From Octopus bimaculoides (taxonomy: Eukaryota), in NCBI RefSeq assembly GCF_001194135.2, contig NC_068982.1, positions 9,009,743 to 9,073,504 on the forward strand: a stretch of DNA of 63,762 bases, in the 5' to 3' direction. This document shows, piece after piece, positions 1-13,918 of this stretch. Numbering within the stretch: the stretch's first letter is position 1; each line of letters begins with the position of its first letter. Made by a program: the position numbers and the translations under genes. The notes beneath the pieces are model-generated. The model had not been told where the DNA came from. It searched no databases and saw only the letters and a program-made list of their open reading frames with translations.

Positions 1-58
<58 letters not shown>
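1..58. repeat. (TA)n(TG)n microsatellite, representative of dozens of (TA)n/(CA)n tracts in the window
   Basis: Directly visible. Such tracts also border almost every long N gap. Confidence 0.95.
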
Positions 59-59
<1 letters not shown>

Positions 60-61
<2 letters not shown>

Positions 62-250
62 TTGTGTGTCTGTGTTTGTACCCCCAACTTCGTTTGACAA
101 CCGATGCTGGTGTGTTTACGTCCCCTTAACCTAGCGGTTTGGCAAAAGAGCTTACAAAGAATAAGTCCTGGGGTCGATTTGCTCGACTAAAGGCGGTGCT
201 CCAGCATGGCCGCAGTCAAATGACTGAAACAAGTAAAAGAGTAAAAGAGA
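60..250 (+). mobile_element. SINE family A, 3' half
   Basis: Ends in GGTGCTCCAGCATGGCCGCAGTCAAATGACTGAAACAAGTAAAAGA, matching the copies at 28.5 kb (-) and 51.2-51.6 kb (+). Confidence 0.9.
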
Positions 251-419
251 TATGTATGTATATATGAATATACATATAGAAACGCATGTACTAATTCATG
301 TATATATATATGGGAGAATGTACGAAAAATACAACAACAGACGAGGACAGGTGGTGTATACAGACAGACATACACACACACGCACACAGACACACATATA
401 CGGATGTAAAGCATAAGTC

Positions 420-689
420 AGAAAGTGAAGCAAGCTGTAAGCAAGTAGTACATTGTAGAAATAAGGTTAAAGCCGATTTCTGGCATTTACGATCGATAGC
501 CAAACGGAGACGATATGCTGTTGTTAACATTGAGTAGCAAGGTCCTTTCCTCCTCCATTTTCTGGAGATGCCGTTCGCTAGAAAGGCCATATACCAACAA
601 TTTGGGGATCTGAAGATCCCACCGTAAAGCTAAGCGTCCTATAGACGTGAAATCCAGGATAATGCCATAAACCAGCCTTCCCCATTTTA

Positions 690-690
<1 letters not shown>
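420..690 (-). mobile_element. RTE-like LINE fragment (post-RT region), decayed
   Basis: Minus frame reads DLQIPKLLVYG, resembling the RTE motif RIPKQLLYGEL. Confidence 0.45.
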
Positions 691-724
<34 letters not shown>

Positions 725-944
725 NNNNNNNNNNNNNNNNNNNNNNNNNNNNNNNNNNNNNNNNNNNNNNNNNNNNNNNNNNNNNNNNNNNNNNNNNNNN
801 NNNNNNNNNNNNNNNNNNNNNNNNNNNNNNNNNNNNNNNNNNNNNNNNNNNNNNNNNNNNNNNNNNNNNNNNNNNNNNNNNNNNNNNNNNNNNNNNNNNN
901 NNNNNNNNTATATATATGTATATACGTAGCCATCTTTCACTCTC

Positions 945-984
<40 letters not shown>

Positions 985-1199
985 GCGTGCATGTATTTTC
1001 AAATTTCAGTTTAAACCAATCGAAATACTTCACTTGTTCACCCTCCTTCATTCCTTTGTTAAGAAGTAGTGCAGATATGAATGAACTCTTCAAAATTGAT
1101 CTTGTCATCCGTCGTGACTTTCAAATGTGTTTTGTCTCGATCTGAAACATTTTCCTTCATCATATTCACGCTTTTGCCCCTATGGAACGCTATTTTACT

Positions 1200-1580
1200 T
1201 CCGCACTTGCTCACCTCTATACACATACGCACACCGTACTAACACACACACACCATTCACCTTGAAGCCATTTTCGAACGCTGGTACACCCAAACATGAA
1301 TCCGCAAATCTTCCTTTCTTAACTAACTCCCTCACCGCCCTGAACAACGTTTCCACCCGGCTTCTAACCGTTAACCTTTTATTTGTCTGTTTTTCACACG
1401 ATATATCGCTCTTTCTCACTTCCTGTATACTTGTTTCTCATGAAGCACTATCGTCTGCAAAACTGACATCGTCTGCAAAACTGACCTATTTTTCTTTCCA
1501 TTAAAACATTAAGATAATAACATATTTGAAACTGGTTCCTCAAGCGCTGTGGTATCTTTTGTTCTTTGTATTTACACTAT
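1200..1580 (+). mobile_element. Putative Penelope-like terminal-repeat remnant with an internal 18-bp tandem duplication
   Basis: CTCATGAAG...AAAAC...TTTCCATTAAA has the same layout as the terminus at 6030-6090. ATCGTCTGCAAAACTGAC occurs twice (1450-1467, 1468-1485). Confidence 0.35.
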
Positions 1581-1689
1581 ACATATGTGTGCGTGTGTTT
1601 GTGTGCAAGTGTGTGAAAGCGAGGGCGCATGCATAGAATGAAGCACACGCACCCACATAACATATGCCTATATGCAAGGTCCAAGTGGC

Positions 1690-2486
1690 TGCCGAAAATA
1701 CCACCCAATACGGCAGTCCCTCGGAACCTTCTGCCAGAAAGCTGATCCATCTTTATTGATGCTCTGGACACAATACAAGCGCGAGTCTAAATCTTCAACG
1801 CTCCGATGAGACCTAATGTTGGTGTCAAATGATGAAAAGAATCTCAAGAGTTTTGTCTAACATGAACTGCCATTAATTAGGACACACAAAGGCGGTGAGC
1901 TGGCAAGATCGTTAGCACGCCGGGCAAGCACTTAGCGATATTTTGTCCGGATTTACATTCTGAGTTCAAATGCTGCCGAGCTCGCTGTTGCCTTTCATCC
2001 TTTCAGGATCGATAAAATAAGTACCAGTTGTGGACTAGGGTCGATGTAATCGACTTATCCCCTCCCGCCGAAAATTCAAGCTTTGTGCCTAATGAAAGAA
2101 GGATTAATTAGGGCATATGCCCGATGCACCACACAACTTATAGGTGACTCTAGCAGCTTGTGAGCGCGAATGGCCATCATCAAGCGAGGCTCTCCTTGAT
2201 GTCCTAATCTCGCTGGATGAACCCGAACAATCTCGTGACAAAAGACCGTTGGGATTTCTTCGCACCCTTGGCTACTAAAGAAACTTTACCGTCCGAGCAT
2301 TCCAGCAATTTCCCAATCCTGAACGCAGCGTCCTTGGCCATGTTTAATAAGTTGACAATTTCCAACTCATTGTGACTAACGAACTTAGTGCATATTGAAA
2401 ATTAATGTGCCACCCGACCGGTATTGGCTACGTTGATGCACAGTGGAATTTGAAAAGTTAAACTTTGACATCAGCCTTAGAAACAC
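1690..2486 (-). mobile_element. RTE-like LINE fragment interrupted by a SINE
   Basis: Removing the SINE gives minus-strand VVWCIGHMP, resembling RTE LRWLGHV. Heavily decayed. Confidence 0.4.
1890..2102 (+). mobile_element. SINE family B, full length, tail type 1, 10-bp TSD
   Basis: tRNA-like head GGCGGTGAGCTGGCAAGATCGTTAGCACG, B-box-like GAGTTCAAATGC, core AATAAGTACCAGTT...GGTCGATGTAATCGAC. ATTAATTAGG at 1872-1881 and 2103-2112. Confidence 0.9.
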
Positions 2487-3233
2487 NNNNNNNNNNGTCC
2501 GAGCATTCCAGCAATTTCCCAATCCTGAACGCAGCGTCCTTGGCCATGTTTAATAAGTTGACAATTTCCAACTCATTGTGACTAACGAACTTAGTGCATA
2601 TTGAAAATTAATGTGCCACCCGACCGGTATTGGCTACGTTGATGCACAGTGGAATTTGAAAAGTTAAACTTTGACATCAGCCTTAGAAACACGTTCAGTC
2701 ATTTTCTATTTACGTATGGTAAAGTACGGTTTGTTGCCCAGATCAACTTGTATATATGTATATGTAAATATATGCATAATACCTGATTGTACATATGTGT
2801 GTGCGTGTGAGTGTGTATGTAAGTGTACGATTGTGTGCGTGTGGGCGTATATATATCGTTATATGTTGTCATCTATATATATATATCTATTATATAATAC
2901 GATTAAAAGCATGTGTTGTTTGTAACAATTTGACATACGAGAATGAATCAATTGGATATTATGTGTGTACTAAATGTTTTTTCTGTTAGACTAATACTCG
3001 TGTACAAACACGACTATGCGTTCTAGTAGTTCTAAAGGCAATCAGAAGGCTGTGAGATCAATCAACTTAAGAATAGCATTAGATTTTTCTTTTCTGAAAT
3101 AAATCTTTATAATAGTTAAGCAAAGTTTGAATTATATATATATATATATACATACATAAATTCATTCATTCATATACAACTAAACACACGTACACATAAG
3201 TGTTTGTTTATGATCATTTCCATACACACACGC

Positions 3234-3319
<86 letters not shown>

Positions 3320-3479
3320 ATATATATATATATACATAATACATAGGTACATACATATATATGTATAAATACATGTATATATATGTATATATATATATGT
3401 ATACATATATATGTATGTACCTATGTATTATGTATATATATATATATATTCACATGTCACTACTCATTTCTTGTCGTTT

Positions 3480-6100
3480 CCAGAGAACCTGCCCATTTCT
3501 CTAAATTTCCCTCAACCGCTTATACCACTTATACCAATTAAGCACACCCTCATACTGCCTATATCCCCTCTTCCTCTGTCCCTATTTCTCAAGATGCCTT
3601 TCACAATCACTCCAACTAAGTGAACACACATCCACTCATATCTCTCCCATAATCTTTCCGAAACTGAGCCTTCTCTTCTTAGCGTAGGCCCATGATTTAT
3701 CATTCAAACGCCTACGATTTTCAGGCCCACGTTCAGATGAAATAGTTTTCGCCCTAAAATTTTGCATCTTTTTTCGCAAGTGCCTTTCTACCTTCTCGCC
3801 AGTTCACGTCCCCCATTCTCCGTATTTTCCAAGGCATTGCTGTCTCTATCGACCATCCCGCGTTCAATTTCTTTTCTATAAACTTAACAACACCCATTCC
3901 TGTAATGGATTCTCCTTGCATACGGCCCAAGTACTCTATTCGCTGTTCACAGTTTGTTAGTTTCTGCTGCGTCTGCAGTGAAAGTTTGACGTAGATATCC
4001 ACATTCATCATGTGACTAGTAAATTCATTCGACGCTTTTAAAACCCAACACATACCCAAACTGCTCTTTCCCGTGCCCATTCCCTAGATCACATCTCAAA
4101 CCTTGCACCCCGTGTCTGGAATCCATCTCACACTATTCCTTTTTCCCTTGACCTACCACTGCACCATCCTACCGGTATACTATGCCATTCTCTGCCTCTT
4201 TCACCGCATACAATTTCTGAATGCCATCTCTTGTTTCTCCCCTTTCGCAGTCGTTCTTTCTTCTAAGATTCCCTGCAGCCTAAGCAGCCTCCTCGGCCAT
4301 TGCTCCTCCTTCCTTACATCCCGTCTCCTTCGCGGATCTCTTTCTTGTTCATATCGCCACGCTTATACATGGCTTTTCCTTTCAAACATCACCATCACCG
4401 GGACCAACCACCGAAATTTGATCTTCTTTGAACAAACCGATCGTGGACTGTCCGACAGGTTCTCAGAGCGTTTAAGAAACGTCCTAGGAGTCAAGGGCTC
4501 GCATGGCTCCTGATCTTTTGAATCTACTTACCAATGCACCCAATATCCTTCGGTCTTCGGGATGGGCTCTAACACAGAAATCATCCATAATTCGTCACCA
4601 TAAACGATAACACGTCTTCTCACTCCAGATGTAGACATCTCAATTATTTTCCGTTATAGTTTCTACCCACCTTCTTCAGTAGTATACATAGTATACCATT
4701 GCACAGCGGATCTCTTTCGCAGCTCACAGGTTCCCCAACTGCAGACATATTCACTCATACGCATATATATTTAACACATTAAAACAGTTTCTACATACAT
4801 ACACGCGCTACCCATCGACTGACCTACACACCTTTCCTTTCAATCACACTTGGAAATATACAAGCATTTTGTATTCTTGGCACGGACACGTGCGCACACA
4901 CACGCACACTCTCCCTCTCTCAGGTCATTTGACGTATATAACTACAGACATCAACGTGCAGATATACGCAGACCCAAACACATCTACTCTTCGAACACTC
5001 ACACTAAAGCACATAAATCACTTCAGCCACAACCTTCTCCCTTTGAAGCCCACCTAGACCAGCACGAAAATACCCACAAGAACCCACCAACTTTTGACAT
5101 AAGCAGACTCACAAACGCATTCTCTCGATCAAATACATATGCTCACATGTTCCACTTATACGCATTCATTGACATGTATGCACGCACTGGGACACAGACA
5201 CACTCACAAACAAAAGACAGACTCACATATATACACGTGCACTCATTCGCACACACAAATTTGTCTTTATTTTGTTCCTCCTGCCTTGGTTGACGACCAT
5301 TCGCATCTGTACGTCTCTCTCGATACTTTCCACACCATCTTTCAATATACCATAAATTCTACCCCATCATATTTTTTATACCTCATACGTTCAAAGATAT
5401 ACATTTATATTTTACGTATGCAAAATAAAGTTTTAAACTTTATTTTTTCCTCCATGGATTTTACCAGTTTCTCTTCACACTTATCTCCCTTCTGTGCTTC
5501 TTATCAGCTTATTGCCATCCGTTGCATAGTCCATCAATTTCTCCGGAGGTTTTATCAATGATTTGTAAATTTGTATCTTTGGATTTTCTTCACTTCGAAA
5601 AATTATAAATTTTCTTTCTTTTTCTTTTTACTTAAAATTCTAGTTTAAAACATGTATTCTGTGAAAAAACGGCTAACATTCATACACAAATCATACACTT
5701 TTTGGCATTCACACAGTTACAACCTCCGCATAGCTCTTAGAACACTATTTTATTCACCAGCATCTTTTTTACTTCACATTCGCCCCGCACTAAAGTCCAA
5801 ATACACTTTCTTTCCCCATTTCTACACCTTTACACTTTAACACAACCTATACCCTTATAACTTAAATGCCTGTTTCAAACACTTCTATACTACTATTATT
5901 CCGTTTAGATACCCGCTACTTTCTGCATTCTTACCAATATACAGCATCATCCCCAATAGTTTTCTAAATTTTCGTCCACTATTTCTCTAATGCTGAGAAC
6001 ATCTCTTTCACATTTCATCTATGTATGATTTCCTCTGATGAAGGCGTTAGGTCAGAAACTTTGAAGCACATTTTTCTCATTAAATTGTTAATATGTTATT
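3480..6100 (+). mobile_element. Decayed, internally deleted Penelope-like element (N-terminus, RT thumb, GIY-YIG, 3' terminal region)
   Basis: HNLSETEPSLLS (~3650; cf. PLE LSxxExSxLSKGL), YKLNNTHS and SIRCSQFVSFCCVCS (cf. YKPTDSHS and SIPYSQFLRLRRICS), QTDRGLSDRFSERLR (~4430-4480; cf. GIY-YIG GQTGRRLADRFAEHLR). CTGATGAAG...GAAAC at 6034-6059. Confidence 0.7.
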
Positions 6101-6155
6101 CATATATGTTATCCAATATAATATACTATTCATGTAATGTAGATCACTGTATTTG

Positions 6156-6238
<83 letters not shown>

Positions 6239-6672
6239 AGCATGTCTAGACATGCAACTATATGCATGAGAATACCTACAAATCATACAAGATACACAAA
6301 TATGCACATATACATACATTCATACAATAATAACCTGTTGTTGTTTTTGAAATTTCAATGAAAGAGCCTTGGATCTAGGTTAGAAACCGTCTCTTTCTCT
6401 ATTGGCATGAAATCTTGATATAAAACTGAATATTGACATACATACGTACAAACAAATGTACGTACGTACAATAATGATATTCAAGACTTTTTCCCAAGTT
6501 CCCAATATGATATTCAGTTCTTTGTCTACCTTCCAATAATGGTGATTAGTATCTTTGTAAGAAACCAGCTGCTTCTTCAGAGGAAGATATTATATATATA
6601 TATATATNNNNNNNNNNNNNNNNNNNNNNNNNNNNNNNNNNNNNNNNNNNNNNNNNNGTGTGTGTGTGTATG

Positions 6673-6715
<43 letters not shown>

Positions 6716-7404
6716 CTGTGTGTCTCTGTGTGTGTGTGTGTGTGTGTGTGTGTATTCATTTGTATTTATGAGTAACATCGTAAATGAATAATCTCATTAT
6801 GTGTAAAATCATTATAAATCTCAAAACCCGACAATATATACGACCCGACTATGATTCTTGTGTGGCCATACGAGCAATGGCTTTCTTCTTTGAATGAATG
6901 ATTAGCTTATAAGGTGTCTTAGTGTTTCTTGCATACAGAAATATTATTAATTGATTTTAGCACCATTTTAAACGTGTTGTAGTTGACAATTTGATACACA
7001 GCATTTCAATTTTACTTATGATTTATTCAGCTGAAGCCTACGTTTTAAACGTATTTCAGAATATATTAAATGTTTGCGTAAAAATACGATGAATTAAACG
7101 AATGCAATCTGGAACTATCTACACGTTATCCAGAGATATAGTTCTCGTTATTCATCTACCTTCCTCCCAATTATCATTTATCTTGGTTGCAAGATTAAGA
7201 GTGATTGTATTCAGGATTTTAAACGCAGATGCAAGGCTACATTCTTGCAGAAGTGTACTGTGAAGTAAATCGTTAACGCAATTCCCTCATACATATTTTT
7301 CAACCTTGGAGGAATTTTATGGACGACGCATGCGGTATGAACAGCTGAAGTAAGACAATTTGTCCCGCGTTCAATTCTCTTTTCGCCTCTCAGGTTTAAT
7401 AATA

Positions 7405-7620
7405 ATTATGTCTACCAAAGGCAGAAGACCTCAAATTGTGCATGAGGGGACTAGTCGATTGCATCGACTCCAGTGTTTCACTGGTTCTTAATTTATCGAA
7501 CCCGAAAGGATGAAAGACGAATCGACTTCGGCGGAATTTGAACTCATATCGTGGCGACAAACAAAATACCGCTAAGCATTATGCCTGCCATGCTAACGAA
7601 TCTGCCAGCTCGCTGTCTTA
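7405..7620 (-). mobile_element. SINE family B
   Basis: Reverse complement of the family B head and core. Confidence 0.85.
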
Positions 7621-7639
7621 GGATTAACACTGATAATAA

Positions 7640-7842
7640 TCGTTTTAGATTTTACCAATTTTGGGTGAGGGGATGAGTCAATTATATCTACCACAGTGTT
7701 CAACTGCTATTTATCGGTCCCCTAATGATAGAAGGAATGCAAAGTCGACCTCAGCGGAATTTGAACTTAGGACGTAAAGACAGACGAAATACTGCTAAGC
7801 ATTTTGGCTGGCATGCTAACGATTCTGCCATCTCGCCACCTT
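7640..7842 (-). mobile_element. SINE family B
   Basis: Reverse complement of the family B head and core, adjacent to the previous copy. Confidence 0.8.
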
Positions 7843-7950
7843 GTGCATTATTAATAATAACAACATCAACAACAATACTAATAATTATAACACTGTCTGG
7901 CGTGCTAACGACTGTTCTACGTCACCATTGTAATAATAATAATAGTAATA

Positions 7951-9867
7951 GACCGGTGATAGTACGACTATAGACCAATCTCTTGCTTACCATTATTGTG
8001 GAAGCTATTAACAGAAATGCTTTCAGAAAGCATCTACGAACACTTTGATAACCAGAATTTACTGCCAGAACAAAAGTGTTGCAGGAAGAAAAACTGGAGG
8101 AACGCATGGTCTATTATACGTAGATAAAACCGTTGTAAATGAAATAAAAGTTAGAAAGAAAAACCTAACAATAGCACGGAAAGATTATAGGAACGCTTAT
8201 GACGCGATCCCTCATTCTTGGATAAGTGAATGTTTGAGTATATTCAGTATAGCAGACAACATAAGAGAGCTAATTAGCTTTAGCATGAAGAAATGGAAAA
8301 TAGATCTCTACTCAGGTGACAACTCTTAGGAAAAGTTAATATCAAAAGAGGAATTTTCCAGGGGTACTCGTTGACCCCTTTCCTGTTTGTCGTATGTTTG
8401 ACCCCACTCAGTATTAAGGAAGGGAAAGGCAAGGTTTCTGTTCAGAAATAGTAAGGGAAAAATTAGCCATTTACTCTACATGGATGATCGGAAGCTTTTT
8501 AGTAAGAATGAAAAAGCGACAGATTCCTTAATACAGACTGTAAGACTCTTCAGCGAAGATATAGGCATGGAATTTGGCATAGATAAGTGTGCAATATTAG
8601 TCATGAGAAGGGGACAGGTAGTCAAGAGCGAAGGCATCCAATCACCAGTGGGCTAGGTATTAAAATCATTGAAAGGAGGAAAGAGTTATATGTATCTAGG
8701 AATATTAGAATCTGACAGAGTACTAACTATAGAAAAGAAAAGAAAAGGAAAATTGAGAAGTACATCAGAAGGGTGTGGAAGCTAATGAAGTCAGAGCTAA
8801 ATCGTCCGAATTTAGTGAAGGCTGTTAATACTTGTGTATTCTAAGATACTCAGCAGCTTTTGTAGATTGGATAAAAACTGAATTAACAAAACTAGACAGA
8901 AGAATCAGGAAGGAATTCAATAGGGGACAATATTATACTTACCTAGAAAGGAAGGCGGAAGATGGTTAATATCAGTAGAAGACTGCGTGGAGTTACATAG
9001 AGTGGATATAGACTCTTACGTAGGTAATAGTGAAGAAAGTTTATTAAGATCTGCTAGAGTCACAGAAAGACGTAGGAAAACCAAAAACCCAAACGAAGTT
9101 AAAAACCAGAACAAAGAATAGAAATGATCTGATTGGAAGAAGTCGTTGCATGGTAGATTCCTAAAGATAGTTGCAGCAAATAGTAGTAGTGAGACATGGC
9201 TATAGTTGCAGAAAGGAAGGCTGAAAAGAGAGACATAAAGTAAGTTTGTAGCTGTTCAAGCATTAAAGATAGACAAAAGATAGACAAAAATCGAGTGGAT
9301 TCCCAATGTAGTTTATGCAATCCAAAAGAGGAAAGCGTTACTCATACAGCAAATGAATGTAGCATGCTGGCACAGAAAGAATATAAGAAAATATATGATA
9401 AACTAAGAGTAACCCACAGGGTGTTATGTAGAAAGGTAGGATTTGAACATGCTAATTAATGATACGATCATGAACCTAGTATAGTGCTAGAAAGTAAGAA
9501 ATACGAGATGTTGTGGGACTTCATCATTCAAACTGAGAGACTAATAGAAGCTAGAAGAACTGATTTAGTAGTAGTAGATAACGAGAATAGAAAGTGCCAG
9601 ATACTTAACTTTACAGTTCTAAATGATGAAAAAGTCAATATGAGCGGCATAGAACAAATAACAAAGTACATACCCATTGAATTATAGAAAGTGTGGGTAA
9701 AATATATTCTCAGTAGTAATAGGGGCATTGGGAACTATCCCTAAAGATCTGAACAGATGGATAGAGGAAATAGGCAAAATCCCAGTTTAGTACAGCTCTA
9801 GAAAACAGTATTATCATGGACAGCTAGGTTACTTAGGTAGATTCTTGGCATCTAAGGTTACTTGTTG
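7951..9867 (+). mobile_element. R4/Dong-clade LINE, decayed ORF (RT, CCHC knuckle, restriction-like endonuclease)
   Basis: DYRPISCL, KDYRNAYDAIPHSWI, YMDD at 8477-8488, CSLC...HTANEC, LWDFIIQTERLIEARRTDLVVVD, and terminal KTVLSWTARLLR. Many stops and frameshifts. Preceded by (TAA)n. Confidence 0.85.
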
Positions 9868-9879
9868 CGTGTATATAAA

Positions 9880-10435
9880 GCGCCTCAAACTTTTCTTCCG
9901 ATCAAAACTCAACTCTGGGACCTTGTGACTGTCATCAAAATATGGGCTGTTGCTGTAGTCAGTTATAGTGCATTCATCCTGAAATGGACACAAGCGGAGG
10001 TTAACCAACTCGATCGTACTACCCGAAGGACGATGACAATGCCCTCAACCCTAAGGAAAATGTACACAGACTTTACATGAGGATTTGTAAATGTGGACGT
10101 TGGTTGATTAGCGTACAGGAGTGCATCAACAATGAAAGAAGAAACATGGCAACATATTTGGTAAACAGCAAACAAGACCTGCTAGAGTATGCTGCTAATG
10201 CAGGATTTACCAAACATGGACTTCAGAGTGCTTGCTAATTCCGATCACGAATAGCCAACGAGAGAAAAGAAACTCTACTCTGCATGGAATTACATGGTCA
10301 GTTCCACTGTGAAACTAACAAATTAAAAGATCCGGATGTATCATGGAAATGGCTCAGCAAAGCTGGCCTAAAAACGAAGACTGAAAGGCTAACTATCGTT
10401 GCCCAGGACCAGGCATTGGATACCATTTCAGTGCA
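9880..10435 (+). mobile_element. Second R4/Dong LINE fragment (post-RT region)
   Basis: IKIWAVAVVSYSAFILKWTQAEVNQLDRTTRRTMTM and WLSKAGLKTKTERLTIVAQDQAL are Dong-type motifs. Confidence 0.75.
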
Positions 10436-10718
10436 AAAATGACATACTTAAACCAGTAAATTGAAACGATCGTAAATGCTACCTTCATCTCTGCTTCCTC
10501 CTTTGTTCCCTAATTAAATTAAAGGCATACCAGCGAAAACCACGAGTTTACCCTTATTATATCCATTTTCTTCTATATAACATAAACTACGGTTTACCAA
10601 TCGAACCACCTGCTACCGTGCAACCTTACAAAAGACTGTACCTACCCAGGTAATAAGGAGGAGCGACTTTGGATTTAATTATCCCTTAGAGGTATTAAAC
10701 CCCTCTAATTTATTCCTA

Positions 10719-10749
<31 letters not shown>

Positions 10750-11287
10750 CCATACAGTGCAAGTAACACACTTTGGTAAGACGTTGTGCCTATTTCATAT
10801 TTAGCAACCGATTCATGTATTATCTATTGTCAGTCGTAGCTCATTGATATTTATTGGTGTGTTTATTAACACTGTCGAAATGAATTGTAAAATGGCTGTA
10901 CATTTATTCATCTTTCAGTACTACNNNNNNNNNNNNNNNNNNNNNNNNNNNNNNNNNNNNNNNNNNNNNNNNNNNNNNNNNNNNNNNNNNNNNNNNNNNN
11001 NNNNNNNNNNNNNNNNNNNNNNNNNNNNNNNNNNNNNNNNNNNNNNNNNNNNNNNNNNNNNNNNNNNNNNNNNNNNNNNNNNNNNNNNNNNNNNNNNNNN
11101 NNNNNNNNNNNNNNNNNNNNNNNNNNNNNATAGAATGCAATAAAATAATATAAAACACAAGATGCAATAAAATGGGAGAAATGAATTGAAATAAAATGCA
11201 GTAAAGTGAAACAATATAGAATATAAAAGAATTAATAGAGAACAAGATGTTTTCATTTTCCGAAATAAGTTGGTGGCTATAAAACTA

Positions 11288-11321
<34 letters not shown>

Positions 11322-11349
11322 CAAAAAATGGGATAAGAACGCAAAACAT

Positions 11350-12010
11350 TCAAACAGTTAGGTGATATAAAGAAGGGACAACAAAACTTCCAGTCAGACG
11401 ATACAATTGAAACGAGGACGGGTCATTCGGAGTTTTCTTTCCTCAGTCGAGTTTCAGTATATCTTTACGATTTCGGCTGGTTATACTCGAGATTGCTCCA
11501 ATCTGGCCAGCCCCAAGGAAAAACTAAGCTAAGAGCATTAGATTCCTTGGAAGAAAGCAGCGAATATATACGAAAACAAGGACGGAAAAATAACAGAGAT
11601 GTTACATCAATACACATGCAATAAACAGGACGTAACAACAGGTGTCTTGCGACTAAGGACGAATTATATTGAGCTGGCGTGTGTGGAAGTAAAGCCTTAC
11701 GGCAGGGACAAGAGATGACAGGCATGGGGAGGAATATAGATGTTGCACGGATAGTAGTCGAACCAAGAAAGAAAGGTCAGGCTTGGCCGAACACTGGTCA
11801 CGTGGGGAGAGAAGAGAGAGAGAGGCAGAGGAATAGAAGAATTAAGGGGGGCGAGAGAAAACTTAAAGAGACACGGTGAAGTGAAGGAGGAGGGAGAGTG
11901 AGCATGAAAAGAAGGCAGGAAATGTGAGAAAGGGAGAACGAAAGAACAAATAGTGGAATGAACGAAGTATGAAAGGGCTGATAGAAAGAAGGAAAGAATA
12001 GAAAGAGTAA
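11350..12010. repeat. Interspersed repeat of uncertain class (possibly PLE-associated terminal region)
   Basis: Shares GACGGGTCATTC...TTT...AGTC(G/A)AGTT with 63325-63365 and is followed by purine-rich sequence. The class is inferred only. Confidence 0.4.
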
Positions 12011-12037
12011 TACAGCCGTAAAAAATTTATATATATA

Positions 12038-12092
<55 letters not shown>

Positions 12093-13022
12093 TTTATATA
12101 AATGCGAGTTAAGATTTCTGCCTCCAAAGAAATCTCTCAATAGACCCTTGACTTGCAAGAAAGGTAAACTAAATCTACCTCAAACAACACGGTTTAGCTT
12201 TTTAAAAGAAGGAAAATTTAATATTGAATAATGTAAATCCAAGGTACTTAAAAAAGACGAGCTGGAGACCACTCTAATGCATTCGAACAGAAGTTTACTC
12301 TCATCAATCAGGGATGACTTAACAATGGCATCACTGGATCAACAACAGCGCAATGGTTTTATATTGTTTGGAAAGGTAGGTATTAACGTCGGAGGTTGTT
12401 CGACCTGAATTACGTTCATCTTGTATTTTTAATGATGTTTTACGTAGTCGATTGATTGACATGCTTTAAATTGTCACTCATATTGCCATTCAGTTATTTC
12501 GCTTATAACTTGCCATCATTACAATGTAAGACATATTAATATGATGGCGTGGTGGCAGCTGGACCTTCTTTGTTAATGAGTCTAGCTGATTAGGTCAGAT
12601 TTAAGAGTTAAGAACAGAAACGGTGGTAAAAACCTAACACTACTCTGTAGAGTATGTTCCTTCATTTTTTTAAACCTAACGAACCACAATTTAAATTTAT
12701 TGGCCAAGCTTTAAACTGACTGCGCTGAGATATAAACATCGTTTTCATTTTCTTTGGCTGTGAGCCCAGTAATTCATTGATTTGTTCATAATATAAACCA
12801 CGTACTTATATATACAATATTTATTGATGCATTTATCTCCCGGCAGTAACATAATCATGCGGCTTTATATTCTGAAAACTTTTTAACAAGTTCGTTTCAT
12901 TTTTAAGCGAACTAAGTCTTATACATTCATTGGAGTATTAAAATTGCCCTTGCATATATAATACATATACACAAGCACATACTATATAGTGAGCCAAATT
13001 GATGTAGGAACAATTATACAGA

Positions 13023-13880
13023 CAGGGTGCAATGGATAAATTTACGTTATTCTATATTTTCAATTTCGCGCATGCACATTGTTTGTTTTTGATTTTTCGA
13101 TCACAGTGTATAGTAGGGTCAGTTGGACACCGTCTGTGAGAAAAGCGGCACCATGACGCAATTCACTCAGCTAGAAATTTGGAAACGGCATGCTGTACAC
13201 TCACGCCGGAAGCTTCAATACGAACATTTCAGAGTGTTTGCGTGTCAATTTGAGGACAGCGCAATCTGAGGACATGTACCGAGAGTGATAAAAATCAAAC
13301 GTCCAGTCAACATCATGGTGTTTGAAGTGATCAAAAGTGATGACGAAGTTATGCCTCTATCTTCCCACACGGACTCAGACTCAACAAGGAGGCTTACATC
13401 AAGTGCCTGGCGGAGGTAGTGCTGTCCTGGGTCAAGAGGGTGGCTGCTAGAAGACCCTATGCCTGCCAACAGGACTCTGCACCATGCCACACAAGCAGGA
13501 GGACTTAGTCATGGTTGTCGATTTCTGCGGTCACATCACCCCTAACATCTGGTCAACTAACTCCCCAACTGCTGCCCCTTGATTATTATGTATGGGGCGC
13601 AGTTGAGCGAGAGACCAACAGGACTCCTTTTAACACCAAAGATGAAGTGAAGGCCAGGATTATGGCAGCATTCACCAACTTAAACAAGGAGACCGTCCAG
13701 AGGAGTTGTAGGAGATTCCGAAGTCGTCTGGGGTCGTGATTGAAGCCAATGGCGATTTTATTGAATAAATTTACTCTTAAGTATTTCAAGATATTTTCAT
13801 GTAATTTTGGTAAACATATCTGTTAAAATGAGATATCGGTGGTATTTTCATTTAGACGACAGTTTATTCATAGCAACCTG
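13023..13880 (+). mobile_element. Internally deleted Tc1/mariner (maT/DD37D-like) DNA transposon
   Basis: Degenerate TIRs CAGGGTGCAATGGATAAATTTACGT and (revcomp) CAGGTTGCTATGAATAAACTGTCGT. Transposase C-terminus QQDSAPCHTSR and PLDYYVWGAVERETNRTPFNTKDEVKARI. Confidence 0.85.
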
Positions 13881-13881
13881 G

Positions 13882-13918
<37 letters not shown>

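Noticed and set aside
2291-2692. Exact 196-bp direct duplication (2291-2486 and 2497-2692)
   Set aside because: The copies are identical and flank a 10-N spacer, the signature of an unmerged contig overlap rather than biology.
7360-7410. Acceptor-like TTCTCTTTTCGCCTCTCAG|G
   Set aside because: It runs immediately into an antisense SINE tail, with no exon evidence.
12265-12320. Minus-strand TTGATGAGAGTAAACTTCTGTTCGAATGCAT, hammerhead-like
   Set aside because: Core positions are altered and stem I does not close. At most a dead remnant.
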